Source: a virus (taxonomy: Duplodnaviria; Heunggongvirae; Uroviricota; Caudoviricetes). From it: a stretch of DNA of 64,000 bases. The notes beneath the pieces were generated by a model. The model was not told where the DNA came from. It worked only from the letters and a program-made list of their open reading frames with translations, and ran no database searches. Made by a program: the position numbers and the translations under genes. Numbering within the stretch: the stretch's first letter is position 1; every line of letters starts with the position of its first letter. The stretch spans positions 103,998 to 167,997 of IMG/VR virus record IMGVR_UViG_3300049215_000227; one strand, 5' to 3'. Positions 38,734 to 48,726 of the stretch are shown one piece after another.

Positions 38734-39824
38734 TCCTACTAACTATGCTCATCATTCCGATCCTCGTCTCGCTAGGCTTCCTAGTGTTCGGGGGTCGGAA
38801 GTTTACCCTGAAGAAGTTTGCTCTGGACGTAGCTGTCCAAGCGCTGCTGATGTGTTGCGTGGCTTACGGAGTGAGCTGCCAGAACACGGCGGACACGGAG
38901 ATCTTGAACGGTCGCGTGACGAGCAAAACCAGAGATGAGGTCTCGTGCGAGCACAGTTACCAGTGCAACTGCTACCAGAGCTGCACGTCGGACGGTAAGG
39001 GCGGCGAGAGCTGCACCACCATCTGCCAGACCTGCTATGAGCATAGCTACGACGTCGATTGGGACGTTCACACCTCCATCGGTCGCACCATCGAGATCGA
39101 CCGAGTCGATCGTCAGGGCTTAGATGAGCCGCCTCGCTGGAGGTCTGTCAAGGTTGGAGAACCAATCTCCGTCTCTCACGGCTTCACCAACTACGTGAAG
39201 GGTTCGCCGGACACCCTCTTTCGCCACCAAGGGTTGGCCGAGAAGTTCAAGGACAAGATTCCTGGGTATCCTGGCAACATCTACGACTACTACAGGTTGA
39301 ACCGACTAGTCTCCGTAGGATTATCAGTAGGTGACGCTCAGCAGTGGAACCAGGACCTAATGGAGATGAACGCCGACCTAGGCGCCGCTAAGCAGGTGAA
39401 CGCAGTGGTCGTCGTCACCAAGAACCAGCCAGAGGACTACTTCTACGCGCTTGAGCAAGAATGGATCGGCGGTAAGAAGAACGACGTGGTGCTCGTGATA
39501 GATGTCGACGACGCCGGCAAGATCGACTGGACCAACGTCATGGCTTGGACCGACAACAAGATCTTCCAGGTTGCGCTCAACGACAGCGTTCGCCAGGTTG
39601 GGTCCCTGAACCGAGAGGCTATCATGGCAACGCTCAGAGAGAATATCTCTAAGAACTTCATCCGCAAGCCGATGAAGGACTTTGAGTATTTGAGTGGACT
39701 CATCAAGCCGACCACTGGCCAGTGGATCTTTGCGATGGTGTTTGGGTTAGCTTTGAGTTTGGGACTAGGTTTCTATCTTGAGAACAACGACATCTTTAAC
39801 GAAGAATATGGGAGGAGATGGTGA
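38730..39824 (+). CDS. Cys-rich two-pass membrane protein
   Basis: N- and C-terminal transmembrane helices. [35 protein letters not shown] cluster. Confidence 0.5.
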   Translation: MILLTMLIIPILVSLGFLVFGGRKFTLKKFALDVAVQALLMCCVAYGVSCQNTADTEILNGRVTSKTRDEVSCEHSYQCNCYQSCTSDGKGGESCTTICQTCYEHSYDVDWDVHTSIGRTIEIDRVDRQGLDEPPRWRSVKVGEPISVSHGFTNYVKGSPDTLFRHQGLAEKFKDKIPGYPGNIYDYYRLNRLVSVGLSVGDAQQWNQDLMEMNADLGAAKQVNAVVVVTKNQPEDYFYALEQEWIGGKKNDVVLVIDVDDAGKIDWTNVMAWTDNKIFQVALNDSVRQVGSLNREAIMATLRENISKNFIRKPMKDFEYLSGLIKPTTGQWIFAMVFGLALSLGLGFYLENNDIFNEEYGRRW

Positions 39825-40396
39825 TGGGTACTGGAACTAAGATTGCTTTGGGTTTACTATTGGTGGCTGGGCTGTTTGGAGTTGTTGGCGTAAGCTCGCT
39901 GATCGGCTTCAACAACGAGTGCGTTCAGCAGGAAGCTGGGTTGGTTGCCCAGTACAAGCAGAACCAGAACAACTACGACAACTACATCAAGAAGCTGCAG
40001 GAAGTCGCTCAGGTTCCCTCGATGTATACCGAGGACCTCAAGAAGGTTTATCAGGCAGCGATCACTGGTCGCTACGGAGCGAACGGCTCCAAGGCCGTCT
40101 TCCAGTTCTTGAAGGAGCAGAATCCTCAGCTGGACGTCAGCGTCTACACCAAGATTCAGCAGATCATCGAGGCTGGTCGCAACTCGTTCGAGGCTGACCA
40201 GAAGACGCTCCTCGACAAGAAGCGAGTCTATCAGATCGAGCTTCAGCAGTTCCCGGGCAGCATCGTTGCCCGTGTCCTTGGGTTTCCCAAGCTTAACCTC
40301 GCGGAGTATGACATCGTGACCTCGCAAGAGACCGACGATGCCTTCCGCACCAAGAAGGCAGCTCCGATTCAGCTGAGACATAATGAAGGTAACTGA
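39818..40396 (+). CDS. LemA-family protein
   Basis: N-terminal transmembrane helix then a LemA-like helical domain ([18 protein letters not shown]...). Confidence 0.45.
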   Translation: MVMGTGTKIALGLLLVAGLFGVVGVSSLIGFNNECVQQEAGLVAQYKQNQNNYDNYIKKLQEVAQVPSMYTEDLKKVYQAAITGRYGANGSKAVFQFLKEQNPQLDVSVYTKIQQIIEAGRNSFEADQKTLLDKKRVYQIELQQFPGSIVARVLGFPKLNLAEYDIVTSQETDDAFRTKKAAPIQLRHNEGN

Positions 40397-40805
40397 AAAC
40401 GATAACATAGTAACGTTCGACGTGGATGACACTCTGGTGATGTGGGACATAATCCCAGAGCTCATGCACAAGGCGATCAAGTTCAACAACTTCGGCTACG
40501 AGACGATGCTCATCCCGCATGAGCCGCACATCAAGCTTCTCAAGCAGTTCAAGGCGAGAGGTCAGTACGTGATCGTGTGGTCTCAAGGCGGATACCAGTG
40601 GGCTAGAGAAGTTGTCAAGACCCTCGGACTTGAAGACTGGGTGGACGAGGTCAAGACGAAGCCTAAGTGGATCGTCGATGACCTTCCAGCGGCAGCTTGG
40701 ACTAAGCGATCCTACCTAGATGCGGTGACCGGTAAGCGAGTGAAGTGTAACGACGTCGTTGAGGTTGACTTCAACGATAATGACGATAGACCAGAGGAAT
40801 ACTAA
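40383..40805 (+). CDS. HAD-superfamily phosphatase-like protein
   Basis: HAD motif I FDVDDTL. Confidence 0.45.
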   Translation: MKVTENDNIVTFDVDDTLVMWDIIPELMHKAIKFNNFGYETMLIPHEPHIKLLKQFKARGQYVIVWSQGGYQWAREVVKTLGLEDWVDEVKTKPKWIVDDLPAAAWTKRSYLDAVTGKRVKCNDVVEVDFNDNDDRPEEY

Positions 40806-41050
40806 TGTCGATCAAGAAGGCGCAGAACATCGTTAATCAGGTTCAAGATCGTTTGGGCATCTCGATGGTGTCCTACCAAAACAACGAGCTTGAGTGGCTT
40901 AAGGATCAGCTCGAGACGTTCCTTGACCTCGAGGTTGAGACCGAAGAGCTCAGCGATCCGGACGACCTCTATGACGACGACATCGGCGACGATGACGATG
41001 AAGATCGCCTCTCCCACGACTCTGACGACGGGTACGACCGCGAGGACTAA
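40805..41050 (+). CDS. acidic hypothetical protein
   Basis: 81 aa with D/E-rich tracts. Confidence 0.4.
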   Translation: MSIKKAQNIVNQVQDRLGISMVSYQNNELEWLKDQLETFLDLEVETEELSDPDDLYDDDIGDDDDEDRLSHDSDDGYDRED

Positions 41051-41053
41051 GAG

Positions 41054-41605
41054 ATGAGTGAGCCTAGGGAACAACTGCCAATTAAACTTAGGTATCACCT
41101 CGATCAGTTCTTGATGTATCTCATTCAAGACGTGACCAAGCGCCCCTCGATCGAGATCATCAACTTCTTCCACGAGCTGGCAACGCAGGTCGCTGAGATT
41201 GGGCAGCAGAAGAAGACGGGCGAAGGCATCCACAAGAAGATCGACGACTACTTTCCTGGCACGTCTATCCCGTTTCACATGGAACTTGAAGGTCGTCCAA
41301 CTCGCGAGTACGACTACAAGACGAGAACTTACAAGGAAGCTGAGACATTCTCGTGCAGCGTCAACGTTGGCTTTCCTAATCGCTCAACCTACATCGACGA
41401 TAAGGTCTTTGAGGAGATCGGTGATTTCTTGATGGAGAAGGCTCTGCTCGGAGTTGATGTGCCCGCTGACTCCCCAGCTAACCAACCGTTCGTGCGCCCA
41501 GAAGTGAGAAGCCCTAAAATGTACAAGGCGCTAATGGACGCGTTTGCTGGGCGACCTGCTCCTGAATCTAAAAAGCGGAAGAAAAAGAGGGATAATGATG
41601 AGTGA
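41054..41605 (+). CDS. hypothetical protein
   Basis: 183 aa. Confidence 0.4.
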   Translation: MSEPREQLPIKLRYHLDQFLMYLIQDVTKRPSIEIINFFHELATQVAEIGQQKKTGEGIHKKIDDYFPGTSIPFHMELEGRPTREYDYKTRTYKEAETFSCSVNVGFPNRSTYIDDKVFEEIGDFLMEKALLGVDVPADSPANQPFVRPEVRSPKMYKALMDAFAGRPAPESKKRKKKRDNDE

Positions 41606-41879
41606 CGATCAAGTTCTCCGTCAGCCGCGAACCTTTTGGCAATGGCTGACTAACCAACCAGGTTCTATCTACACTAAGCCGACCATTACGGTAGCTTCAC
41701 CAAGAACCGCTTTGGACGTCATTGACGACGAACTTCAGAGACTACACGAAGAGATCGACGACTACAAGGACCAGATGGAATATCAGGGTGACGATGACAA
41801 AGGTTATCTCCGTCTCCTTGATTCCTTAGATAAGCTCAACGGCGAGCTCATCCGTCGCTCGCAGCAGGAGTCTAAATGA
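41595..41879 (+). CDS. hypothetical protein
   Basis: In-frame ATG (MSDDQVL...). Confidence 0.35.
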   Translation: MMSDDQVLRQPRTFWQWLTNQPGSIYTKPTITVASPRTALDVIDDELQRLHEEIDDYKDQMEYQGDDDKGYLRLLDSLDKLNGELIRRSQQESK

Positions 41880-42223
41880 AGCCAATTCTTCACGGTAAGG
41901 TTAGCGTCAAGAAGTGGGGCGGCAAGGAAGAGGACTATCAGAAGATCCACGACTGGCTGGATCAGACTAAGGCTCACTTCCCAGACATGCGCCATCGCGC
42001 CATCTTGCACAGCAGCTTCGGTATCTTTCTCTGCGAGCAAGTCTTCGGCGAGGGCATCACCAACTCTGATGGTCGCCACGTCTCAGTGAGAGACATTGCC
42101 GAGCAGCACGTCATCGACGACATGGGACGTATTCCTACTGTGCAGGACTATCTGCAAGAAATGCCTTTCTATAACTGGTTGGGAGGACCTAAGCGTGTCA
42201 AGAACAAAATCGACTTCGACTGA
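41876..42223 (+). CDS. hypothetical protein
   Basis: 115 aa. Confidence 0.4.
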   Translation: MKPILHGKVSVKKWGGKEEDYQKIHDWLDQTKAHFPDMRHRAILHSSFGIFLCEQVFGEGITNSDGRHVSVRDIAEQHVIDDMGRIPTVQDYLQEMPFYNWLGGPKRVKNKIDFD

Positions 42224-42752
42224 AATCAAGAAGCAACTTGAAGGAATCTCTGGTGAGCTTGATAGCCTTAACAAGGCTAAGAAAGAGCTTGGAGACAAGA
42301 CCCTTCGCATCCTTAAGGAGCTCATCAATAAGTCCGACTTGATTGATGCTGTTCGCTGGACTCAGTATACGCCGTACTTCAACGATGGCGACACGTGCGA
42401 GTTTGGCGTTAACGACATCGAGTTCAGGTTCAACGAGGAGATTCACAACCCGTCGGACAAGCTAAACAAGTCCTCAAAGGGCAAGAAAGACGATGACGAT
42501 GAGGATGAGGATGACTATGGTGATGATGAAAACTTCGTTGGCACCTACAGTCTCGACTCCTTTTTGGACGAGCGTAAGGATGTTCTTAACTTCAAGGACA
42601 TCGATCAGGCCCGCAAGCTCTGCGCGGACATCGAGTATGTCCACTCCACTCTCACTCAGATGGGTGATGCCCTCAAGGACATGTTTGGCGACCACGTGCA
42701 GATCACCGTGACCCGTAAAGGCGTTGAGACTGAGGAGTACGAGCACGAGTAA
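42195..42752 (+). CDS. acidic hypothetical protein (GTG start)
   Basis: GTG after GGAGGA. Poly-D/E tract. Confidence 0.4.
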   Translation: MSRTKSTSTEIKKQLEGISGELDSLNKAKKELGDKTLRILKELINKSDLIDAVRWTQYTPYFNDGDTCEFGVNDIEFRFNEEIHNPSDKLNKSSKGKKDDDDEDEDDYGDDENFVGTYSLDSFLDERKDVLNFKDIDQARKLCADIEYVHSTLTQMGDALKDMFGDHVQITVTRKGVETEEYEHE

Positions 42753-43021
42753 TGTCTCGTCTCACCAAGGATAGTCAACGCTTAGTAGATTCCGTGAGCT
42801 CAGCCTTGGAGGAGCTCGAGGATACCAACCTACGTCTTGATAACCACATAACGACCTTGGAGAACAAGCTGGAAGAGGCGGAGATCAACGCTGACAAGCT
42901 GATGAGCGATATCGCTGAACTTAACGAATATATTCAAGAGCTTGAAACCGCTTTAGCAGAAGCATATCTCACAAGCTCTGACGATGCCCCAGAGGAAGAT
43001 AAAGCTGACCCCGTGGTATAA
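42752..43021 (+). CDS. coiled-coil protein
   Basis: 89 aa. Confidence 0.4.
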   Translation: MSRLTKDSQRLVDSVSSALEELEDTNLRLDNHITTLENKLEEAEINADKLMSDIAELNEYIQELETALAEAYLTSSDDAPEEDKADPVV

Positions 43022-43029
43022 TCTAAGCC

Positions 43030-43644
43030 ATGGAAGAGATTGAGAATAAGCACGCCGGATCATCCTTTGAAGACTTCCTGAGGGAAGAGGGCATCGAGCC
43101 TCTCGAGAAGAAGTGCCCACGCTGCGGCGGAAAGTCCGCCAATCCCAGCAACCCATCGGGTCGCTGCCGCCATCACCTAGACAAGCTAGCTCACGACAAG
43201 AAAACCCCTGGACACTGGCAAAGAGCCCAAACTAAGGCTGACGACGCGCTTCGTCGCCAGAAGGGGAAGAATGGAACCGCTCACAAAAAGACCAAAGGCC
43301 TCGGAACTAGGTCATCAATCGTTTCACAGACTAAACGAGCTGAGAGAGCTACTGGACAAAAGTTGTCGCCTGACCGCAAGAACAACGGCAAAGGTTACGC
43401 TGCCTCCAACACTCGTATGGTTCCTGAGAAGCTCAACCGTGGACGTCACCACGTCGACGGGAAGAAGCTAAGAGCTTGGCAGAAGCGTCTTAAGAAGACT
43501 GATACCGACTACGAAGAGTTCTACACCTATCTCCTAGCAAAGGCCCACGAGACAGCTGACACCGCTTTGCTTTCCCTCCTCGAGGACATGCATCCGAACG
43601 ACGTGGCTCGCTTCATAGAGAACGAAGACAGTGAACAATCATAA
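43030..43644 (+). CDS. basic zinc-ribbon protein
   Basis: CPRCGG...CRHH with an Arg/Lys-rich centre. Confidence 0.4.
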   Translation: MEEIENKHAGSSFEDFLREEGIEPLEKKCPRCGGKSANPSNPSGRCRHHLDKLAHDKKTPGHWQRAQTKADDALRRQKGKNGTAHKKTKGLGTRSSIVSQTKRAERATGQKLSPDRKNNGKGYAASNTRMVPEKLNRGRHHVDGKKLRAWQKRLKKTDTDYEEFYTYLLAKAHETADTALLSLLEDMHPNDVARFIENEDSEQS

Positions 43645-43793
43645 GCAGGCCTTGAAAGATAAGCTCGCCATGATGGAGATGTATCTCGCTCTAAAGACTA
43701 GGGAGCGCGACTGGCACGGCGTTGCAGACGCTGCCATGGACATCCGCGAGATTGAGGCTCAACTTAAGATGATCGCAATCCTGGAGGCAGAAG

Positions 43794-44225
43794 ATGTCGC
43801 TAAAGATTGATAAGGCAAAAGAAGAGCTTAAGGAAAAATCTTACCTAGAGATCCAGAAGCAGACCGCTTGGACCTGGGCTTCTAGAGCTGCCGCTAGCTA
43901 TGAGCTGGCTATGGAAGAGAAAGATTTACGTCGCAAGGTTGCCGTATTTCAAGTCGCTGAAGAGTATCATCACGAGGCTATCGAGCATGCCGCTCTCTAC
44001 GAGGATCGCGGCGACCTTCTAAAAGAAGTCGAAAAAGAGCTCGACAAGTACCGCGACAAAGCCTCCGACGATCTCCAAGACTCCCTTAAAAAAATAATTC
44101 GTATAATCCCTCCTGTGGAAGCGTGTGCATTCACGCCTGACAGATACCAAGGCTCGGAACGTCGCGAATCCGGATTAGCAGACGTGGATCTGAAGAATAG
44201 GCTGGACCAACGTGAGAACCGATAG
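43794..44225 (+). CDS. hypothetical protein
   Basis: 143 aa. Confidence 0.4.
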   Translation: MSLKIDKAKEELKEKSYLEIQKQTAWTWASRAAASYELAMEEKDLRRKVAVFQVAEEYHHEAIEHAALYEDRGDLLKEVEKELDKYRDKASDDLQDSLKKIIRIIPPVEACAFTPDRYQGSERRESGLADVDLKNRLDQRENR

Positions 44226-44281
44226 TACAGGGGAAGCGCCAGCAAAGCCGAGAGCTCTGCAGAGCCCACAACAGGATCGAT

Positions 44282-44674
44282 ATGAGCGTAAAGCAAGTCA
44301 TAGTCTTACGTAAGGATCTCAACATGCGCAAGGGCAAGATGGTTGCTCAAGGTGCGCATGCCTCTATGAAGGTCTTCTTCGATCGAATGGCGGCTCATGA
44401 CGACGGTTCCTACGTCATAGACGAAGACAGCGTCACCGACGAGATGAGGGAGTGGATAGATGGCACCTTCACCAAAGTATGTGTGGGAGTTTCCTCAGAA
44501 CAGGAGCTGTGCGATATCTACCAGCGAGCGCGAGATGCTGGATTACCTTGCTCGATTATCACCGACGCCGGCAAGACGGAATTCGGCGGTATACCTACTA
44601 AGACTGCTGTTGCTATTGGGCCTGATCGATCGGACAAAATTGACCCCATAACTGGCGAGCTTCCTCTCCTATGA
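44282..44674 (+). CDS. pth2: peptidyl-tRNA hydrolase, PTH2 family
   Basis: KMVAQGAHAS...TKVCVGVSSEQEL...AIGP matches Pth2. Confidence 0.65.
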   Translation: MSVKQVIVLRKDLNMRKGKMVAQGAHASMKVFFDRMAAHDDGSYVIDEDSVTDEMREWIDGTFTKVCVGVSSEQELCDIYQRARDAGLPCSIITDAGKTEFGGIPTKTAVAIGPDRSDKIDPITGELPLL

Positions 44675-45114
44675 TTGGGGAGTTCTATCTAGCTAATCAG
44701 TTGGTCTTGCTAGGCTTCTTCGTGTACGCCTTCTTCAAGGAGGAGTTTGAGCTCACCAAGGATAATCTTGGAGTTGCAGCTGCTCTAATCGCGGGTGGAC
44801 CGCTAGGTTCCTTCGCAATATTCTGCGTCGTCATGCATCAGCACGTCAGCGACCGCGTGCGAAAGAAGTGCGGCGACGCGGTTCATAGGTGGGAAGTAGC
44901 AGCCAGAGCTGACTCCATGAGAAGTCGATGGGACTGGTACAAGAACATGGAGGCTCAAGAGGAGAGGTACAACCTGCTCCGAGAGCACATCAGCATCTTA
45001 ACGGACGCTGAGCTCGAGATGCTCTCCAAGGTTAGCAAGTCGACGTTTGAGATAGAGAAGCCTGTAAGGGACGCCATCTTTGACGAGATACTTCATAGGA
45101 ACATAATGAGATGA
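44671..45114 (+). CDS. membrane protein
   Basis: Two transmembrane helices at the N-terminus. Confidence 0.4.
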   Translation: MIGEFYLANQLVLLGFFVYAFFKEEFELTKDNLGVAAALIAGGPLGSFAIFCVVMHQHVSDRVRKKCGDAVHRWEVAARADSMRSRWDWYKNMEAQEERYNLLREHISILTDAELEMLSKVSKSTFEIEKPVRDAIFDEILHRNIMR

Positions 45115-45893
45115 GTAACATTCAGTACGGCGAGAGGACGATGCACTGTCCTACCGGCAAAGTTTACCTGTTCGGCGACGTCCACAACGAGGCTGACAAG
45201 CTGATGGACGTTCTCGACCAGATCGAGCCTCTGCTAACTCCAGAGGACCACATCGTCTTTTGCGGTGACTTAGTTGACCGCGGCACTCAAGCAGCTCTTA
45301 CCGTCGAGGTGCTCGTCGACCTTGCTCGCAAGTATCCAGACCAAGTCTTCTTCGTGAGGGGCAACCACGACTGGATGCTCCAGAACTACCTAATGACTGG
45401 CTCCACCGGGTGGATGTCCTACCTACAGATCACTTTAGAAAACTTCAAGGAACATTGGGGACTCAATGACTATTTACCCGCCACGATCACGCAAGAGCTT
45501 GTCAAGCGAGGTTTTAAGGAGATTACGTCCCGCATGGTTCCATACTACGAGACGCCTGAGCTCATTGCTACGCACGCTCCGCTAGACCGCACGACGTGTC
45601 TTATGAACGGCATCGACTACTACGAGGAGCAGTACAACGACCGCATCAACAACCCTGGCTTCCACTTCTTCTTGGAGAAGATAGAGCACGAGCTCCTGTG
45701 GCAGTTCACGGACGAGAATCTGGACATCCCTTGGATCGACAAGATGCGCGTCTGCGGGCATCAACCGGGCAGAGGCAAGCATCCTCGCATATTCAAGAAT
45801 TACGCCTTCATCGATTCTGGCTGCGGCAAGGGCGATCGTCCGCTAACGTGCATGGTGTATCCAGGCAAGAAGTACTTTCAGAGTCGCGTATGA
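45111..45893 (+). CDS. PPP-family Ser/Thr protein phosphatase (calcineurin-like metallophosphoesterase)
   Basis: GDVHNE, GDLVDRG and GNHD motifs in order. Confidence 0.65.
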   Translation: MSNIQYGERTMHCPTGKVYLFGDVHNEADKLMDVLDQIEPLLTPEDHIVFCGDLVDRGTQAALTVEVLVDLARKYPDQVFFVRGNHDWMLQNYLMTGSTGWMSYLQITLENFKEHWGLNDYLPATITQELVKRGFKEITSRMVPYYETPELIATHAPLDRTTCLMNGIDYYEEQYNDRINNPGFHFFLEKIEHELLWQFTDENLDIPWIDKMRVCGHQPGRGKHPRIFKNYAFIDSGCGKGDRPLTCMVYPGKKYFQSRV

Positions 45894-46063
45894 GGTGGAT
45901 ACTCCTAGCATTAGTGTTGACTGGCTGCGCATCTGCTCCCAAGCAGATATTGGAGAGGTGCATCAAGCCTAGCTACGACATCAACGCTCAGGAATGCAAC
46001 TCGCCTTACGACGGCTGCGATCCCACCGACATGGTTGCTGCTTGTCAAGTGTTGAAGTTCTAA
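45890..46063 (+). CDS. small lipoprotein
   Basis: ATG overlaps the previous stop (ATGA). MRWILLALVLTGCAS lipobox. Confidence 0.45.
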   Translation: MRWILLALVLTGCASAPKQILERCIKPSYDINAQECNSPYDGCDPTDMVAACQVLKF

Positions 46064-46073
46064 GGGGAACCTC

Positions 46074-46496
46074 ATGAAAGAGAAGAACGTGAAGCGCAAG
46101 CAGGCGATGAAGAAGCGTCGCGAGAAGATCCTTCTCAAGAAGGCTCTGCGTCACGACATCAGCATCTTCATGGTTAAGATCATGTGCCGCATGTCCATGG
46201 AGCCGCTCCACGACTACAGTCGCATCCTGAGCGAGGGCTTCCAAGGCTTCGACCACATGCGCGGCAGCAAGCTGGTGAAACACTTTGAAGAGGTTTACGC
46301 CAAGCTGCATGACGAGGAAGGTTTGCAAAGCGTGGAGAGCTACTTCGCCAACAGTCACGGACAGAGGACGCGCGCTTCGTGGGAGCTGTTCAAGGAGCGA
46401 GACGCCAAGAAGGCTGTCCAAGAGTACATCTTGGAGTCTGACGCCCTGATGAACCGCCTGATGGAGCTCACCTTTGACCTGGACGTTCACGAGTGA
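46074..46496 (+). CDS. hypothetical protein
   Basis: 140 aa. Confidence 0.4.
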   Translation: MKEKNVKRKQAMKKRREKILLKKALRHDISIFMVKIMCRMSMEPLHDYSRILSEGFQGFDHMRGSKLVKHFEEVYAKLHDEEGLQSVESYFANSHGQRTRASWELFKERDAKKAVQEYILESDALMNRLMELTFDLDVHE

Positions 46497-46508
46497 TATA
46501 ATAAAGGG

Positions 46509-47420
46509 ATGCCGACACTAAAGAACGGGCAATGGGTAACGCCCGAACCAGTTACCACCGAGACCTTTGCTAAGTCGTACGCCGAGAAGTACATCGTCGA
46601 GGGGCTCATGAAGTCCTCCGATACAGCTCTATTTAGGCGCTTTGAGGATAAGTACATAATCCCAAAAAGTCTTAGAAAAGAACTAGTTAAGACGCTCGAG
46701 GAGAACCTAAAGGTTGACTATCCCGATAAGAATACTAAGTTCAACCTCATGAAGTCTATGTACTTCGACTCGTCTAACTTAGACATGGTTCAGCATCACC
46801 TTTCCAAGGCTACGGACCGCTTCAAGCTCAGGACCCGTGAATACGCTCCTAACGGCAAGCTCCACAAGACCGACTTCACGTTCTTGGAGATCAAGGCTAA
46901 GCACGACAACATCACCGACAAGTTCCGCATCAAGGTTCCCAAGGACGTCATGGAGTCCTTCACTAAGGGAGCTCCACTCACTGCTGACGCTAAGCTTGTC
47001 AAGATGAACCCAAACATCGGCGTCGCCGACCTAGTTAAGAGAGTTGCAGACATCAATCAAGCTCTCGAGCTGTTTCACCTTCGCCCATCCTGCGAGACGC
47101 AGTACGTTCGCCACGCTTATACCGATGGTACGGCCAACGACGCTGGGCTTCGCGTTACGTTCGACGAGGGAGTTCAGTACAAGGTTCTCGACGTTATCCC
47201 AACTGGCATCAGCAACGAGCTCAGCAAGGGGAACGAGGAGAACTGCCACCTTAGAGGGATGGTCGAGAGGTACTCGCCTAACGACAACATCATCGTCGAG
47301 GTGAAGCACCACGGCACGATACCCGACTGGCTCACCAAGTTCATCAACGATCACAAGCTTGAGAAGACCAACTTCTCTAAGTACTGCTACTCGATCGCGA
47401 AGCATGCTACAGGCAAATAA
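46509..47420 (+). CDS. VTC/CYTH-like (triphosphate tunnel) domain protein
   Basis: FEDKYII, MYFDSSNLD, LRTREY, FLEIKAK resemble VTC polyphosphate-polymerase-domain motifs. Confidence 0.35.
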   Translation: MPTLKNGQWVTPEPVTTETFAKSYAEKYIVEGLMKSSDTALFRRFEDKYIIPKSLRKELVKTLEENLKVDYPDKNTKFNLMKSMYFDSSNLDMVQHHLSKATDRFKLRTREYAPNGKLHKTDFTFLEIKAKHDNITDKFRIKVPKDVMESFTKGAPLTADAKLVKMNPNIGVADLVKRVADINQALELFHLRPSCETQYVRHAYTDGTANDAGLRVTFDEGVQYKVLDVIPTGISNELSKGNEENCHLRGMVERYSPNDNIIVEVKHHGTIPDWLTKFINDHKLEKTNFSKYCYSIAKHATGK

Positions 47421-47475
47421 GCGACGCAAGAAGCGCTACAAGCTGAAGTCAAGAAGTAACGAGGGCTGCAACGAC

Positions 47476-47697
47476 ATGAAGCCCATCGTTAACAAGATCA
47501 ACGCTTACGCTAACGGCGGCAACGGCTACCTAAACGCTAAGGGTCACAAAACCGGCGAAGGCATGACTATATACAACCTTGTATGGGATGGCGAAAAGTA
47601 CATCGAAACCAATATGCTCACCTCAGAGAACTCAATCGACCCAACGTCAGCTGCGTTCTCCAAGAAGATGAGCAAAGAACAGAGGTACAGACGATGA
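47476..47697 (+). CDS. hypothetical small protein
   Basis: In-frame ATG (MKPIVNKI...). Confidence 0.3.
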   Translation: MKPIVNKINAYANGGNGYLNAKGHKTGEGMTIYNLVWDGEKYIETNMLTSENSIDPTSAAFSKKMSKEQRYRR

Positions 47698-47837
47698 AAG
47701 CATTCTGCGAGATGTGCAACATCCACATTAAAGCCATCCTTAAAAACTTGAGAAATCTCAAATCAAACACCTCGTACGCGTAAAAATATTCTGTCAGTAG
47801 AATACCCTTACTACTAATCTCTTGAAAGGGGATTCAC

Positions 47838-48128
47838 ATGACAGAAGAGTTGATAGCAAAAGCCGCCGACATTTACGTTAAAAATATACGTGAGCATGGC
47901 GGAGAATCTAATATGGGACCGACTGGCCTTGGGAACTGGTTAGGTGTTTCACCTGAAGAAGCCAGAGAGATCAGAAAGGTCTTGTTAAAACGCAAGATTA
48001 TCAAGTACATCGGTCACAAAGCAAACCACTATGAGGAAGACGAAATTTCCTTAGGTTATGATGGTAAGAGAAAAAGCGCTAGAGTAACTCCTTACTGGGG
48101 AGTCGGCGAGAACGCTCTCTCAGAGTAA
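47838..48128 (+). CDS. hypothetical protein
   Basis: 96 aa. RBS AAAGGGGA. Confidence 0.4.
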   Translation: MTEELIAKAADIYVKNIREHGGESNMGPTGLGNWLGVSPEEAREIRKVLLKRKIIKYIGHKANHYEEDEISLGYDGKRKSARVTPYWGVGENALSE

Positions 48129-48256
48129 ACATGGATAACAGGCAGGCCAAGCTTACTAGCGTTGACTACTTACTAGTTATCCTGACTAGGCTTGGCCTCT
48201 GTCCTGAATCTAATGCCCTTAAAATCTATAATTTTTATAGACATCGTATTTTTTAC

Positions 48257-48273
48257 AAAACACGTGGTATAAT
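48257..48273 (+). promoter_or_regulatory. promoter-like motif C (AAAACACGTGGTATAAT) upstream of tRNA array A
   Basis: T-rich tract then CACGTGGTATAAT. Near-identical copy at 55604 ahead of tRNA array E. Confidence 0.45.
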
Positions 48274-48467
48274 CGAATCATGAACACGCAACTGTTGACA
48301 AACAGAAATTCCTTAAGAGCTTTCTCAAGCTCTAATGCGTCGTTCTATAGTCTCTTTAATTGAGACTATATACAGGCCATCCCGTCCGTTCACACGGGTA
48401 AAATCACAATACAAGTTTTAATGAGGGGCGTCTGCCGTAAAAAGCACCGCCCCACCAATTTATACGT

Positions 48468-48540
48468 TGGGGAGTAGGCAAGCTGGTAATCCGCTCGGCT
48501 GTTAACCGAGACACCGCAGGTTCGAATCCTGCCTCCCCAG
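48468..48540 (+). tRNA. tRNA-Asn(GTT)-like (weak D-stem)
   Basis: Acceptor TGGGGAG/CTCCCCA, G73 + CCA. Anticodon stem CTCGG/CCGAG, loop CTGTTAA. T-arm GCAGG-TTCGAAT-CCTGC. Confidence 0.4.
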
Positions 48541-48563
48541 CCAAAAAGAAAGGAAATAAGTTT

Positions 48564-48636
48564 GCCGTGATGGCGTAGAGGGTCTGCGCGCTCGCCTGAA
48601 GAGCAAGAGGTCTCGGTTCGATCCCGAGTCACGGCA
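48564..48636 (+). tRNA. tRNA-Phe(GAA)
   Basis: Acceptor GCCGTGA/TCACGGC, A73 + CCA. D-stem GCGT/GCGC. Anticodon loop CTGAAGA. T-arm CTCGG-TTCGATC-CCGAG. Confidence 0.5.
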
Positions 48637-48644
48637 CCATGACA

Positions 48645-48719
48645 TGCATCTCAGTTCTACCGGGTGGAGAAGCTGGTCTGTTAAACCAGTAGCGGTGGGT
48701 TCGAGTCCCACGGGATGCG
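48645..48719 (+). tRNA. tRNA-Asn(GTT)
   Basis: Acceptor GCATCTC/GGGATGC, G73 + CCA. D-stem TTCT/AGAA. Anticodon stem CTGGT/ACCAG, loop CTGTTAA. T-arm GTGGG-TTCGAGT-CCCAC. Confidence 0.55.
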
Positions 48720-48726
48720 CCAGATT

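Noticed and set aside
39857-41278. ORFs 39857..40489(-), 40293..40586(-), 40802..41278(-)
   Set aside because: They are antisense to the LemA-like, HAD-like and acidic genes, have no RBS, and show Leu/Val-rich shadow composition.
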